Shown: positions 40,772-50,206, counted from the stretch's first letter. The stretch: 64,000 nucleotides of DNA from an uncultured Acidobacteriota bacterium (GCA_963713825.1 CAVQNG010000004.1:286592-350591), one strand, 5' to 3'. The notes: a model not told the origin generated them from the sequence alone. Program-made: numbers and translations.

Positions 40772-42445
40772 CTCCAGGTCTGGCGAGGACTGCAAGGCTG
40801 GAGGCTCGCCGTGGCAATCGGTGCAACCGATCTCCAGGTCGCCAACGTGGAAGGCGTGCTCGAAGTCACCCAGGTCCGTGCTGAAGGCCCTCTCCATTAC
40901 GCCGCCGTGACAGGCCGTGCAGTCGCTTGCGGGATCGCTGTGATGGCAGCTGTTGCAGGACGAGGACTGGATCTTCAGCGAACCCATTCCCTGGCTGTCT
41001 CGCTCTTCGTGCGTGGAGTGGCATTGCTGGCAATCGAGTCCCTGTCCCACGACATGCGGCTTGTGGGCGAAGCCTCTTCCGAAGATGCTCACCTGCAGGG
41101 TTTCGACGCCGGCATGGCACTGCAGGCAATCCGAAGCGTAGGGAGCCGTCGGCCAGGGGGTCCCCAGCTTGGAATAGCCCTCTTCTTCGCGTGCCTGGTT
41201 GATCTGTGCGTGAGCCGTTTCGAGCACAGCTACGCTGTAAGGCACGTTGTGAATTCCCTTGCCGCGCTCCACCAGCTCCAGGTTGGCCGTGGCGTCTACG
41301 AAGGCAGCCGGAGGTTCGGAACCGAGAAGTCTTGCTGTGCTGTCGAACTGCTGGCGCACACCCGAGGTTCTTTCGGCCACAGTGGTCTGCCAGTTCTTGT
41401 AGACCTGGCGATACTTCGGCCCGTGACAGCTCATACACGAGACCTCGCCAGCCAGCGCGGTCTCCCCATCGCCGTGATTCACGTGGCAGCCTTCGCAACG
41501 CACACCGGCCAGATACATGACGTCGGGCCGCGGGTCGACATCCTTGCCCCCGAGGCCTGCGTACAAGTCCCGCTGGGGCGAGTGGCCGCCGCCATGGCAA
41601 GAGGCGCATTCGCTCTTGGCGGCTTCGAGGTGACGCGGGGTCACGTGCTCGATCTCCAGGTGGCAGTGAGTGCACTCCACCTTGTGCTCGGTGACGTGAG
41701 TCCGATGCAGCAGGTCTCCTGAGTCGTACTCGGCCAAGCGCTTCTCATCGTTGTGACACGTCAGGCAGCGCTCTCGAGGTACGCCTCCCGCGTCTGGACT
41801 CGGAGGGGTATGGCAGGTAAGACAATCCATTCCGAAGCGCGACACGTCGCCATGATCGAAGTCCAGGCCGCCCGCAGTGAGCACTCGATCCGGCACCCGG
41901 TGGCACAACGTACACCGCGCTGTACCCTCACCGGCCGGTTGACCTTTGAAGTGGCACAGCGTGCAGGTCGTCCCGGTGACCGTCATATGGGAGCCCTGGA
42001 CGATCTGGGAGTGGCAGGAGGTGCACTTGAGTTTCTTTCCCCGCCGCAGCTCGCTCAGGTGGGGACCGTGGTCGAAGAGCACCTCTCCGAAGATCTCCGT
42101 CCCGGCCAGCAACCGTCGATCATGGCACTCGAGACATGCGATGTCGTCCACTTCCGCCCAGGGATTGGTGCCATAAGTACCAGTGAAGTACCGTGCCACC
42201 ATGGCCATCGCTTCGTACTTCTTGCGCAATTCCTGGGTGATTCCCGGCGAGATGTGACAGTCGACGCAGTTGATGCCGGCGTGGGTCGACTCGCTCCAGG
42301 ACTGGTAGTAAGGCGACATGACGTGGCAGCTCCCACAGAAGCCTGGCGTGGAGCTCATGTGCATCGCCCCATAGGTGGCGATGATGCCGACACCCACCAC
42401 CAGAGCGATGGCGTAGCCGGCCACGGTGAAACGACCGAGCTTCAT
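40751..42445 (-). CDS. 18-heme cytochrome c with an N-terminal NrfH/NapC-like domain
   Basis: Start MKLGRF (ATGA overlap), one TM helix, [22 protein letters not shown]; 18 CXXCH counted. Confidence 0.9.
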   Translation of the reverse strand: MKLGRFTVAGYAIALVVGVGIIATYGAMHMSSTPGFCGSCHVMSPYYQSWSESTHAGINCVDCHISPGITQELRKKYEAMAMVARYFTGTYGTNPWAEVDDIACLECHDRRLLAGTEIFGEVLFDHGPHLSELRRGKKLKCTSCHSQIVQGSHMTVTGTTCTLCHFKGQPAGEGTARCTLCHRVPDRVLTAGGLDFDHGDVSRFGMDCLTCHTPPSPDAGGVPRERCLTCHNDEKRLAEYDSGDLLHRTHVTEHKVECTHCHLEIEHVTPRHLEAAKSECASCHGGGHSPQRDLYAGLGGKDVDPRPDVMYLAGVRCEGCHVNHGDGETALAGEVSCMSCHGPKYRQVYKNWQTTVAERTSGVRQQFDSTARLLGSEPPAAFVDATANLELVERGKGIHNVPYSVAVLETAHAQINQAREEEGYSKLGTPWPTAPYASDCLQCHAGVETLQVSIFGRGFAHKPHVVGQGLDCQQCHSTHEERDSQGMGSLKIQSSSCNSCHHSDPASDCTACHGGVMERAFSTDLGDFEHAFHVGDLEIGCTDCHGEPPALQSSPDLEVCSDCH

Positions 42446-43656
42446 GGAGTACCCGCCTCTTTCTGGAGCTTCTTCTTCACAATGACGAGAATGGCGATCG
42501 TCAAGATCAAATAGAACCAAAAGAGCGCCAGCCCGACGTGGGCTACCGTCTTGTCCAGCTTGGAATAGAGCTCATGCTCGACTTCCTCGGCAATCGACTG
42601 GGCCCGCCGGGTCAACTGCTCCACAGGCTCCCGGGAGACGGTATGCACCATGGGCAGGGCCTCGGTGACATAGGTCTTGGCCTCCTCCACCCGGCTCAGT
42701 GCATCTTCGACCTCCAGGGCTGCCCGGTCGGCCTCGGCAACCTGCTCCTCTGCTTCGGCAACAGACTCGTTGGCGGACTCCACCAACGCATGGATCTTGT
42801 GACCCAGAACCGCCTGGTCGCTGTCTTCGCCGTGACACTCGGCGCAAAGCGACTGCACCCTCTCGATGCCGAACTGGCGAATGGCATGGTTGGAATGACA
42901 AGACGCACACTCGGGAATGCCAGCCTCTATCATGCCGGCGTAGTGAGGCCCGGCCAAGAAAGCTCGACGAGTCTGTTCGTGACAGGCACCGCAGATCTTG
43001 TCCACATCGCCGACTCCCGGAGGTGTGGCGCCGTGGACGCCGTGACAGCTCGTGCAGTTGGGAGCGGCCGATGAGCCTTCCTCGATCAGCAGCCGGCCAT
43101 GAATGCTGGACCTGTACTCGGTTACGACGTTGGGGTCGAGACCGAACTCGGACATCAAGGCCTCATCATCGTGACACTGAGCGCAGGTAGCCGGTATGTT
43201 CCTCGTGTTCGAAGAGCTCGAGGGGTCCCGCGGCCGGAGGATGTCGTGCACCCCGTGACAGTCGGTGCAAACCGCGGCCCGGGTCTCTCCCTCAGCGAGC
43301 GCTTTGCCGTGCTGTGAAGTCAGGTAGATCGCGTATTGATCGACGGGCAAGTTGTAGGGCCGCATCCGTTCGAGGTCCGAGTGACAATCGGCGCACATCT
43401 CGGGAATCTCGCGCCTGTTGGCCAGGCTTCGGAACTCTCCTGCATGCGCCCCCGCCACGTCCCGCATGGCCGGATTTCCGCCATGACAGTCACTGCAGCT
43501 CACACCCTCCACCGCATGAATGCTCTCCGCAAAGCTGACGCGCGTCTCCGGGTGGCAAGTGCCGCAGGTCTCCTGAGCCGACAAGGGTCCCGACGCCAGC
43601 GCCAGCAACCCACACATCAGCCCGGCGAACAGTAGTGCTTTTCTTGCCTGTCTCAT
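42442..43656 (-). CDS. Membrane-anchored 9-heme cytochrome c (paralog of 28806-30533)
   Basis: Start MRQARK (ATGA overlap), signal peptide, 9 CXXCH, C-terminal TM helix; shared LPxDQY..S.H and HGAxPPG segments. Confidence 0.9.
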   Translation of the reverse strand: MRQARKALLFAGLMCGLLALASGPLSAQETCGTCHPETRVSFAESIHAVEGVSCSDCHGGNPAMRDVAGAHAGEFRSLANRREIPEMCADCHSDLERMRPYNLPVDQYAIYLTSQHGKALAEGETRAAVCTDCHGVHDILRPRDPSSSSNTRNIPATCAQCHDDEALMSEFGLDPNVVTEYRSSIHGRLLIEEGSSAAPNCTSCHGVHGATPPGVGDVDKICGACHEQTRRAFLAGPHYAGMIEAGIPECASCHSNHAIRQFGIERVQSLCAECHGEDSDQAVLGHKIHALVESANESVAEAEEQVAEADRAALEVEDALSRVEEAKTYVTEALPMVHTVSREPVEQLTRRAQSIAEEVEHELYSKLDKTVAHVGLALFWFYLILTIAILVIVKKKLQKEAGTP

Positions 43657-44777
43657 GCGACCCTCGCACCGTAGAACGTCAGAGAAATCCAGACTGCGAG
43701 CAGCGCCGCCACGATCAGCAGCGTCACCACGCGGCTTCGCGCCCCGTCTCGGAATCCAGGGATGAAAGGCAACAGCACGAAGGCCGTGAACGCCAGAAAG
43801 AGGATGGTGCCGCCAACCCAGATCGGCAGGAACCCCGAGGTGAGCTCGAGAAATCCAAACGGCGCCAGCAGATACCAGGGTGGCCCGACACCCGGCACCG
43901 TCAGATAGGGATCGGCCGGATCGCCCAGTGGCACGGGCACCAGCACCGCAAGGCTGACGAGAATCCCCAGTAGGACCGTAAACAGAATGGCCTGGTTCAG
44001 CAGGTGGGTCCGAATCACCGGCCCACCACTTTTCGGTGCAGCCTGCGTTCCCGCCTCGGTCTGTCCGAGTCTGCGCACCCCCGAGAAATGGAGATAAATG
44101 AGGGTAATGGCGGCGAACGGCAGCAGCGCCACGTGGAGCAGATAGAAGCGAATCAGCGTCAGCTCGGTGATCACCGTCTCTCCACCCCCGAGAACAAAGA
44201 GCATCGCCGAGCCATAGATGGGAATGCTGCCCACGAGCTCGAGAGCCCTGACGGAAGACCAGTAGGCTGTGCCGGTCATGGGTAGTGCCTTGCCCGTCAA
44301 GTCGGAGTGGAAGCAGACCAGCAGCAGGAGCACTCCGAAGACCCACATGAGCTCTCGCGGCTTGCGATAGACGCCCCGCAACAGGAAGCGCACCACCCTG
44401 ACAATCAGGACGGCGATGAGAAGCTGCGCCCCCCAGAAGTGAATCTGGTGCACGAACCAGCCGAAATTCACATCCCGCAGAATGGTGGCGATGCTGGCCC
44501 TGGCAGTCTGTGGCGTCGGCAAGTAGTAAAAGGCCAGCAGTGAGCCGGTGACAATCTCGATCAGGAGCAGTACGACGGCCAGAAGCCCCAACACCCTCGG
44601 CCACTGGTCGTAGGACGGCATCGGTTGTTGCTTGGCTTCGGCAATCGCGGCACGGATGTTCTTGCGGCTGTCGAGCTCTGCGTGGAAGACGCCGTAGCTC
44701 GTCAGCAAAGAGAAGATCTCTGTCAGGTTCAAGCGGCGAGAGAACCAATCCAGGACGCCAGACTTTTCCTCTTTCAT
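43653..44777 (-). CDS. Divergent cytochrome b of Rieske/cytb complex 2
   Basis: Cytochrome b fold (YYLPT, GWFV..IHFW, YRKPRELMW, RFYLLH..LH), but the second helix-B His is Arg and PEWY is PPWY. Confidence 0.9.
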   Translation of the reverse strand: MKEEKSGVLDWFSRRLNLTEIFSLLTSYGVFHAELDSRKNIRAAIAEAKQQPMPSYDQWPRVLGLLAVVLLLIEIVTGSLLAFYYLPTPQTARASIATILRDVNFGWFVHQIHFWGAQLLIAVLIVRVVRFLLRGVYRKPRELMWVFGVLLLLVCFHSDLTGKALPMTGTAYWSSVRALELVGSIPIYGSAMLFVLGGGETVITELTLIRFYLLHVALLPFAAITLIYLHFSGVRRLGQTEAGTQAAPKSGGPVIRTHLLNQAILFTVLLGILVSLAVLVPVPLGDPADPYLTVPGVGPPWYLLAPFGFLELTSGFLPIWVGGTILFLAFTAFVLLPFIPGFRDGARSRVVTLLIVAALLAVWISLTFYGARVA

Positions 44778-44792
44778 TGTCCAGGTCCTCCT

Positions 44793-45260
44793 CTAGGAGA
44801 CGTGAAGATGGATCTCGCCGAGACGGGTCTCGACACGGTAGCGGCGCAAAGATTGCGGCGGTGGGCCTTTGAGGACATTGCCATTCAGGTCGAACGCCCC
44901 TTCATGACACGGGCAGTCGAGCGACCGCTGCTTGGGGTCCCAGTCGAGCACACAGTGCATGTGGGTGCAGACGCCGGCCAGGGCCACGAGATTCTCCTCG
45001 TCGGGCCGAACGACCCAGATCGGCTCCCGGCCCCTTTGGACCAGCCTCGCCTGTCCGACGGGCAGGTCCTCCAGAGGCCCCACCTTGATGACGCGCTCTG
45101 CGATGCTGCTCTTCGAGTGCGGGGGCTTGAGGAAAGAAGTGATGACCCAGAGGAACCCCACGCCCCACAGGGAGAGAAAGCCCCCGGTCAGCCACTGCAG
45201 AAACTTGCGCCTTCCCGGCGTCAAATCCACAAGGTCATTGTTGGTCGATTCCTCAGCCAT
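44793..45260 (-). CDS. Rieske [2Fe-2S] subunit 2
   Basis: Tat signal GRRKFL; CTHMHC and CPCHEG boxes; GPPP. Confidence 0.93.
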   Translation of the reverse strand: MAEESTNNDLVDLTPGRRKFLQWLTGGFLSLWGVGFLWVITSFLKPPHSKSSIAERVIKVGPLEDLPVGQARLVQRGREPIWVVRPDEENLVALAGVCTHMHCVLDWDPKQRSLDCPCHEGAFDLNGNVLKGPPPQSLRRYRVETRLGEIHLHVS

Positions 45261-45352
45261 GGATCAATCCTCCTCCCCGGTCGGTCCGGTGCCCCGAGAA
45301 GACTACAGCACCATGGCCCTCGAAGGGCTGTCCTTTGGGTGGGTATTCTGAG

Positions 45353-45368
45353 CTATCCCATCGGGTAG
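45353..45368. promoter_or_regulatory. Candidate regulator site CTATCC-CATC-GGGTAG
   Basis: Near-perfect member of the palindrome family about 95 bp upstream of Rieske 2; weaker partner 22 bp away at 45331. Confidence 0.6.
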
Positions 45369-45404
45369 GGCAGCCGGCAGGCCTGCCGGCTGACTCACAA
45401 GCTC

Positions 45405-45462
45405 AGGCCCCAGGACCCAAGCCCCAGAGACCAGCCGAAGGTACGCCCGGCTGCCTCAACCC
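45405..45462. repeat. Family C unit abutting a stop codon
   Basis: CAGGCCCCAGGACCCAAGCCCCAGAGACCAGCCGAAGGTACGCCCGGCTGCCTCAACCC. Confidence 0.7.
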
Positions 45463-45463
45463 T

Positions 45464-47365
45464 CTACGACGGATGCGCCGGAGCACGGTGGTCCTTGTCG
45501 TCAGGATCTTCCTTCTGGGGCTTGCGCTCGAGGTATCTCGCCGGCGAGGACTTTCCAGTGATGAGCGCTGGATCCACCGGATAGACCATCGGGTCGAAGA
45601 TCACCGCGTAGAAATGCCAGACGATGATGGCCAGGGTGGCCAGGATCGCCTCATAGAAATGGACCGCGGTCGAAACGTCGATAGCCCAGGACGGCAGCCA
45701 CCGCAGCGAGATGTTCTCGAACCAGAGAATGAAGCCGCTCGCCACCATGACCACAGTTCCCCAGATCAGAGCCAGGTACTCCATCTTCTCCGGGTAGCTC
45801 AGCCACTCGGCCTGTGGCGGGTGCTTGCGCTTGCCAGCGAAGTACTCGAGGCGGCCCTTGAGGTCCGTGAGATCGTCGCGGTTCGGGATCATTCCCATCA
45901 TCAGGCGTCGGGCTCGACGATCCACTATCAAGTGAAGGACGTGGATCACCGACGCCAGAATCATCACCACGGCGGCGATACGATGCACCAGGCCTCGAGC
46001 CTGGCAAAGCGCATCCAGGAAGGGAACCGGACAAGCCCACCATGCCTCCGGGTACTTCAGAGCGAATCCGCTGTGGGCCAGCACGATGAAGCTCACCAGC
46101 AGCATGCCGTGGGTGATCCGAAAAGCGACCGACATGCGCTCGACCTCTTCGACTTCGGAAGCCGAGGGCCGCGGCACGGGATGCTGGATCTTGCGGATGA
46201 GATCGATGCCGTTGTGGAGCAGCATTCCACCGATCGTCAGCCAGATGAGCCACAGGTAGACAATGCGCACCCAGTAGACGGCCGTGTGCTCCGGCTCGTC
46301 CGGCAGCACATGGACCGCGCCAATCGCGAACCGCTCGCCCGCTCCCGGATGGCACTGGCCGCAAGTCTCATCCAGATTGCCAGGATTGGTATGGGACTTC
46401 TCGTCCGTCGAGGGCAGGATGTCGTGGACGCCATGGCAGGAAGCGCAGTTGGCCACCACGACACTTCCAGAGCGGGACGCCAATCCGTGGTAGCTGTCCT
46501 CGTAGGCCGGGACCTTGTCGTCTTCCATGCCGAACTTGTCGGACAGTGCCAAGTCGCCATGACAGCGCCCACAGGTCATCTTCGGCAGGTTGGACGGAAA
46601 AACGGTGGAGTCACGACGCCCGGGCTCGATAATACGGTGCTCGCCGTGGCAGTCGGTGCAGGTTGGAGCATCCTTCAGGCCGTGCGCCACAGCCCGGCCA
46701 TGGACGCTCTCGTTGAACACGGCCGTCACCGAGCCATGGCATTTGCCACAGGTCTGCGGCAGGTTGTCGGCGTGGACCTTCGACTCTTCCTTGGCTGCCG
46801 GTTGGATGTCGTGGGTCCCATGACATTCGCAGCAGGTGGCCGCCTTTACGCCGCGCTGAAGCGCTCTCGAATGAACGCTTTCGCTGTAGGCCTCGATCGG
46901 TAGTACCAGGCGGATACCGAGATCTTTTGCCAGATCGGGGTCGGAGTGACACGCGGCGCAGGTATCGGCGATGCAGATGGGATTGGTCAACGACGCGGGA
47001 TCTTCTTGCGGAAGAAGCTCGTGAATCGATCCGTGGCAGACGGTGCAGCCGTTGTCCGGAAAGCGACCGACGGCCGCCATCCTGCCATGAACACTCAGGT
47101 TGTGAGCTCCCACTTCATCTTCATGGCAGCCGGTGCAGTCGGATTTCGTGCCGACGTCCGGGTGATCTTCCGAGTCAGCACCGACGTGGCAGTCGAGGCA
47201 CTCCGCGAAGCCGTGCACGGACTCGGCGAATGCATCGACGTCGGTCTCGTGACAGTCGAGACAGATCGGCGCCTCGGCGCCCGTCGCCGGAAATGGCAAG
47301 GCAAGAAAGGCCGCAACCAAGCATGCGGCAGCGACCAGACTGAGTCGAAGAACCTTGGATTCCAA
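45464..47365 (-). CDS. 11-heme cytochrome c fused to an FdnI-type cytochrome b domain (CbcL-like)
   Basis: Probable TTG start at 47365, signal peptide, 11 CXXCH, and RITH..HR..YPEKMEY..HFYEA..WHFY membrane domain. Confidence 0.9.
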   Translation of the reverse strand: MESKVLRLSLVAAACLVAAFLALPFPATGAEAPICLDCHETDVDAFAESVHGFAECLDCHVGADSEDHPDVGTKSDCTGCHEDEVGAHNLSVHGRMAAVGRFPDNGCTVCHGSIHELLPQEDPASLTNPICIADTCAACHSDPDLAKDLGIRLVLPIEAYSESVHSRALQRGVKAATCCECHGTHDIQPAAKEESKVHADNLPQTCGKCHGSVTAVFNESVHGRAVAHGLKDAPTCTDCHGEHRIIEPGRRDSTVFPSNLPKMTCGRCHGDLALSDKFGMEDDKVPAYEDSYHGLASRSGSVVVANCASCHGVHDILPSTDEKSHTNPGNLDETCGQCHPGAGERFAIGAVHVLPDEPEHTAVYWVRIVYLWLIWLTIGGMLLHNGIDLIRKIQHPVPRPSASEVEEVERMSVAFRITHGMLLVSFIVLAHSGFALKYPEAWWACPVPFLDALCQARGLVHRIAAVVMILASVIHVLHLIVDRRARRLMMGMIPNRDDLTDLKGRLEYFAGKRKHPPQAEWLSYPEKMEYLALIWGTVVMVASGFILWFENISLRWLPSWAIDVSTAVHFYEAILATLAIIVWHFYAVIFDPMVYPVDPALITGKSSPARYLERKPQKEDPDDKDHRAPAHPS

Positions 47366-47508
47366 GACATACCCCCCAGTAGCAGCACTGAATTCTCGGA
47401 GTACCCTCGATTCATGATGCCAGGATCGATCTCCGAACCCCGATCCTCGAGCCCTTTTATACGCGGGTTCCCGGCGTTCTCCCATATCTTTTGGGGCGGA
47501 CCCCACGC

Positions 47509-47524
47509 CTATCCAATAAGGTGG
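47509..47524. promoter_or_regulatory. Candidate regulator site CTATCC-AATA-AGGTGG
   Basis: Palindrome family member; half-site CTATCC 22 bp further on (47531) and a weak site at 47484. Confidence 0.55.
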
Positions 47525-47603
47525 GTCGATCTATCCCTCGCCAAACAAAATGCGGAGCGAGCCACCGGCCCGCTCCGCGAGGATTCACCCGTTCCAGTGC
47601 TCG

Positions 47604-48722
47604 CTAGGCGGCGTCTTGACCCGCCGCACGGCTTTCGAACACCTCCTTCACCATGTAGTACACGGTGTATAGGCCCGCCACCAGCAGCACGGCGAACAGA
47701 ACGAAGTTGCCCCACTGGGGTGCCGTCTCCAGACGGAACTGCGAGGTCACCGGCTCGAGATAGATCGCCCGGATCTGATGCCGGGTGATGGACATCACGG
47801 CGATCGTCACGATCATGCCGATCAGGGTGCCGTTGACGGTCGAGAACTTCTCCACCGGGTTCGACACCTTGGCCAACATCACCAGGAGTCCGAGAGCAAA
47901 GGCGATGCCGACCGTGAAGGGCAACATCGTCGCCATTCCACCCCGCATGAAGCCCAGCAGCACCGGCCGCGGCAGCACCATGACCAGCAGGAACCCGTCG
48001 GCGATCTGAAGGAGCGTCGTCCACAGCGCCCACTTCCAGCCGTAGCGCGCGATCTTCGTGTTGAGCTCGACCTCGATGCCCTTGCCAGCCTGTCGTGCCG
48101 CCCACCACGCCACCACAACGCCGCTGAAGCCGAGGCCCGCCAAGACGAAGTGGAACAGGCGCGGCCAGAACGCGGCATCGCCCAGAATCGCCATCGGGTT
48201 ATCGGCCAGGGCACCCCACTGGTCGGGCTGCGAGTGAATGAGGTTCACTGCCACATGCACCATCGCGATCAAAAAGAACATGATGGCGGAGATCCACAGC
48301 CAGGCGGTGCCACCCGAACCTTTCGTCGGCGTCCCCTTGAACTTGTAGAGATAGGCCGCGTAGTAGCCGACCATCAGGAACACCAGCGACATCAACCACG
48401 TCCACGCAATCATGATCGTGGCGGTGTAGAAGTACTGTTGATAGAGAACTTGCACGAACAACAACGGCGCGATGCCCGTCGTAATCGTCAGTGAGATGCC
48501 GAAAGTGTTGATGCCCATCAGCCGCATCGCCATCACGGCCCTGAAGTCGTCCGCCTTGCCACCCGAGAACAATTGACCCAGCGCCGCCAGGATGGTGCCG
48601 CCCAGGGTCAGGTTCATGAACAGCATGTGCAGGAAGAAGGTGAACACCAGGAGGACGTGGAACAGCCACGTCGGTCCTGGAATTGGAAAAGCGTCCAATG
48701 CAGGAATCAGCTCGTTACCCAT
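47604..48722 (-). CDS. CydA-paralogous membrane subunit (partner of the bd-like oxidase)
   Basis: About 9 TM helices, FLHMLFMN..GG, GIAPLLF and RLFHF motifs; translationally coupled to the upstream gene. Confidence 0.7.
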   Translation of the reverse strand: MGNELIPALDAFPIPGPTWLFHVLLVFTFFLHMLFMNLTLGGTILAALGQLFSGGKADDFRAVMAMRLMGINTFGISLTITTGIAPLLFVQVLYQQYFYTATIMIAWTWLMSLVFLMVGYYAAYLYKFKGTPTKGSGGTAWLWISAIMFFLIAMVHVAVNLIHSQPDQWGALADNPMAILGDAAFWPRLFHFVLAGLGFSGVVVAWWAARQAGKGIEVELNTKIARYGWKWALWTTLLQIADGFLLVMVLPRPVLLGFMRGGMATMLPFTVGIAFALGLLVMLAKVSNPVEKFSTVNGTLIGMIVTIAVMSITRHQIRAIYLEPVTSQFRLETAPQWGNFVLFAVLLVAGLYTVYYMVKEVFESRAAGQDAA

Positions 48723-50083
48723 CAGACACCTCCTTTGGCCGCCGCTTCACCTTCTGGCGTCGTCAACGAGGCGATGAAGTCCACCAGCGCCTCCATCTCT
48801 TCTTCCGTGCCCACGAAGGGTGGCATGAACGGGTAGTTCAGGTCCCCCATGGCCACGGCCTCACCCGGTTCCAGAGCGGTGAACATCTCGCCCTGGTCGT
48901 ACAGCGCATACAGAATGCTGTACGTCATGTCCGGATCCTCGGGAGCCAACTCCCGGATGGAGAGATAGCCGTCGATCGTGTGACAGCTACGGCACTGGGC
49001 GTCGAAGACCTGGCGCCCCATCTCCACCGAGTCGGTAGCCGGCACCCTGGCCGCCCACCGCGCCTTGGAGAGCATCCCTTTCTCGTTCAGCTCCCCGACC
49101 TCCTTCACGAGAACCCCGTTCGAGAACATGTAGTCGTGGATGATGAACGGCTTGCGAGTCCCCTCCCGAAGACGCTCGTAGGTGCCGAAGAACGAGAAGG
49201 CCGCGATCGTGATCAACAACAGGGGAATGACCTTGGCCATCTTCGGCATGAGAAGCAGGAAGATGATGGACAGCACCAGGAATACGGCAACCGACCACAT
49301 CACCTCGTGGCGGGTCATCGCCAACCCGTCGAGCAGCGCTCCCTTGCCGAGGAAGAGGCTCTGCACGGTGTCGGGAAGGGCCGCTTCCCACCACCGATAG
49401 CCGGCGTAGGAGATCAGCGCTCCCACCACGGCCCACTTGCCCAGGTACCGGTTCAACTTCAGCCGGGCCCCGTCCGCCGCCTTCCTCGCCGGCCACACCA
49501 TGAAGGCCACCGCCATCAAAATGACGATGCCGGTGCGCAGCACCAGGCTCGGGAAATAGGTCGGGTTGAAGAAGCCATCCCAAAAGGCGCCGGTCTGGAG
49601 CCACTTTCCAGGAGTCAGCATAAAGGTCACGATGCCGTTGATGATCACCAACGAGAGATACGCCGCGATGAAGTAGATCCAGATCACCATCACGTGAGCC
49701 CGCTTCGAGATCTTGTTCCACGTCGCGAAGTAGACCAACGCGGCCACGATCTCTACGATGAAGAACACCCACTCGATCGCCCATCCCCAAACGAAGTTGC
49801 GGATCAATGCGGAGATCGCCGCCGGCGAAATAAGGCCCGCCACCACCCAGATCCCGACGCCGGAAATGGCACCGAACACCGTCGAGAACAGAATGAGTAC
49901 CAGCGACGAGCGCTTGGCCAGGTTCCGCATCTCCGGGTCATTGCGCTTGACGGACAGGGTCTCGGTGACTGCGATCACCAGACCGCCACCGATAGCGAAG
50001 TGCGACACGATGACGTGAGTGATGGCGACAATGCCCATCAGGACACCGCCGCCCATGGCAATATCCCAGATCGGATAATCCAT
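48722..50083 (-). CDS. Cytochrome bd subunit I-like protein with C-terminal heme c
   Basis: THV..SHFAIGGG, WAIEWVFFIVE, GFFNPT and REGTRKPFII motifs; CRSCH followed by a MPPF axial-Met region. Confidence 0.82.
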   Translation of the reverse strand: MDYPIWDIAMGGGVLMGIVAITHVIVSHFAIGGGLVIAVTETLSVKRNDPEMRNLAKRSSLVLILFSTVFGAISGVGIWVVAGLISPAAISALIRNFVWGWAIEWVFFIVEIVAALVYFATWNKISKRAHVMVIWIYFIAAYLSLVIINGIVTFMLTPGKWLQTGAFWDGFFNPTYFPSLVLRTGIVILMAVAFMVWPARKAADGARLKLNRYLGKWAVVGALISYAGYRWWEAALPDTVQSLFLGKGALLDGLAMTRHEVMWSVAVFLVLSIIFLLLMPKMAKVIPLLLITIAAFSFFGTYERLREGTRKPFIIHDYMFSNGVLVKEVGELNEKGMLSKARWAARVPATDSVEMGRQVFDAQCRSCHTIDGYLSIRELAPEDPDMTYSILYALYDQGEMFTALEPGEAVAMGDLNYPFMPPFVGTEEEMEALVDFIASLTTPEGEAAAKGGV

Positions 50084-50206
50084 CCTGTCTCCTTTCTTCT
50101 CAGGTCCAACGAGGTTGCCAACAACGGTCGGCGAGCTCGCCTCGGGTTGGCGCGTACCCTAGCGCTCTGCCGCATCTAGACTATCGTTTTCGCGCATCCG
50201 GGCCCA

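Noticed and set aside
43657-44748. N-terminal extension of the 768-aa ORF overlapping cytochrome b (similarly the extensions of ORFs 38854-40167 and 18952-22275)
   Set aside because: Signal peptides, ATGA coupling or family N-termini define later starts (43656, 39765, 22158).
28806-47365. NrfA/HAO-type catalytic heme in the multiheme proteins
   Set aside because: No CXXCK motif was seen; all counted motifs are CXXCH.
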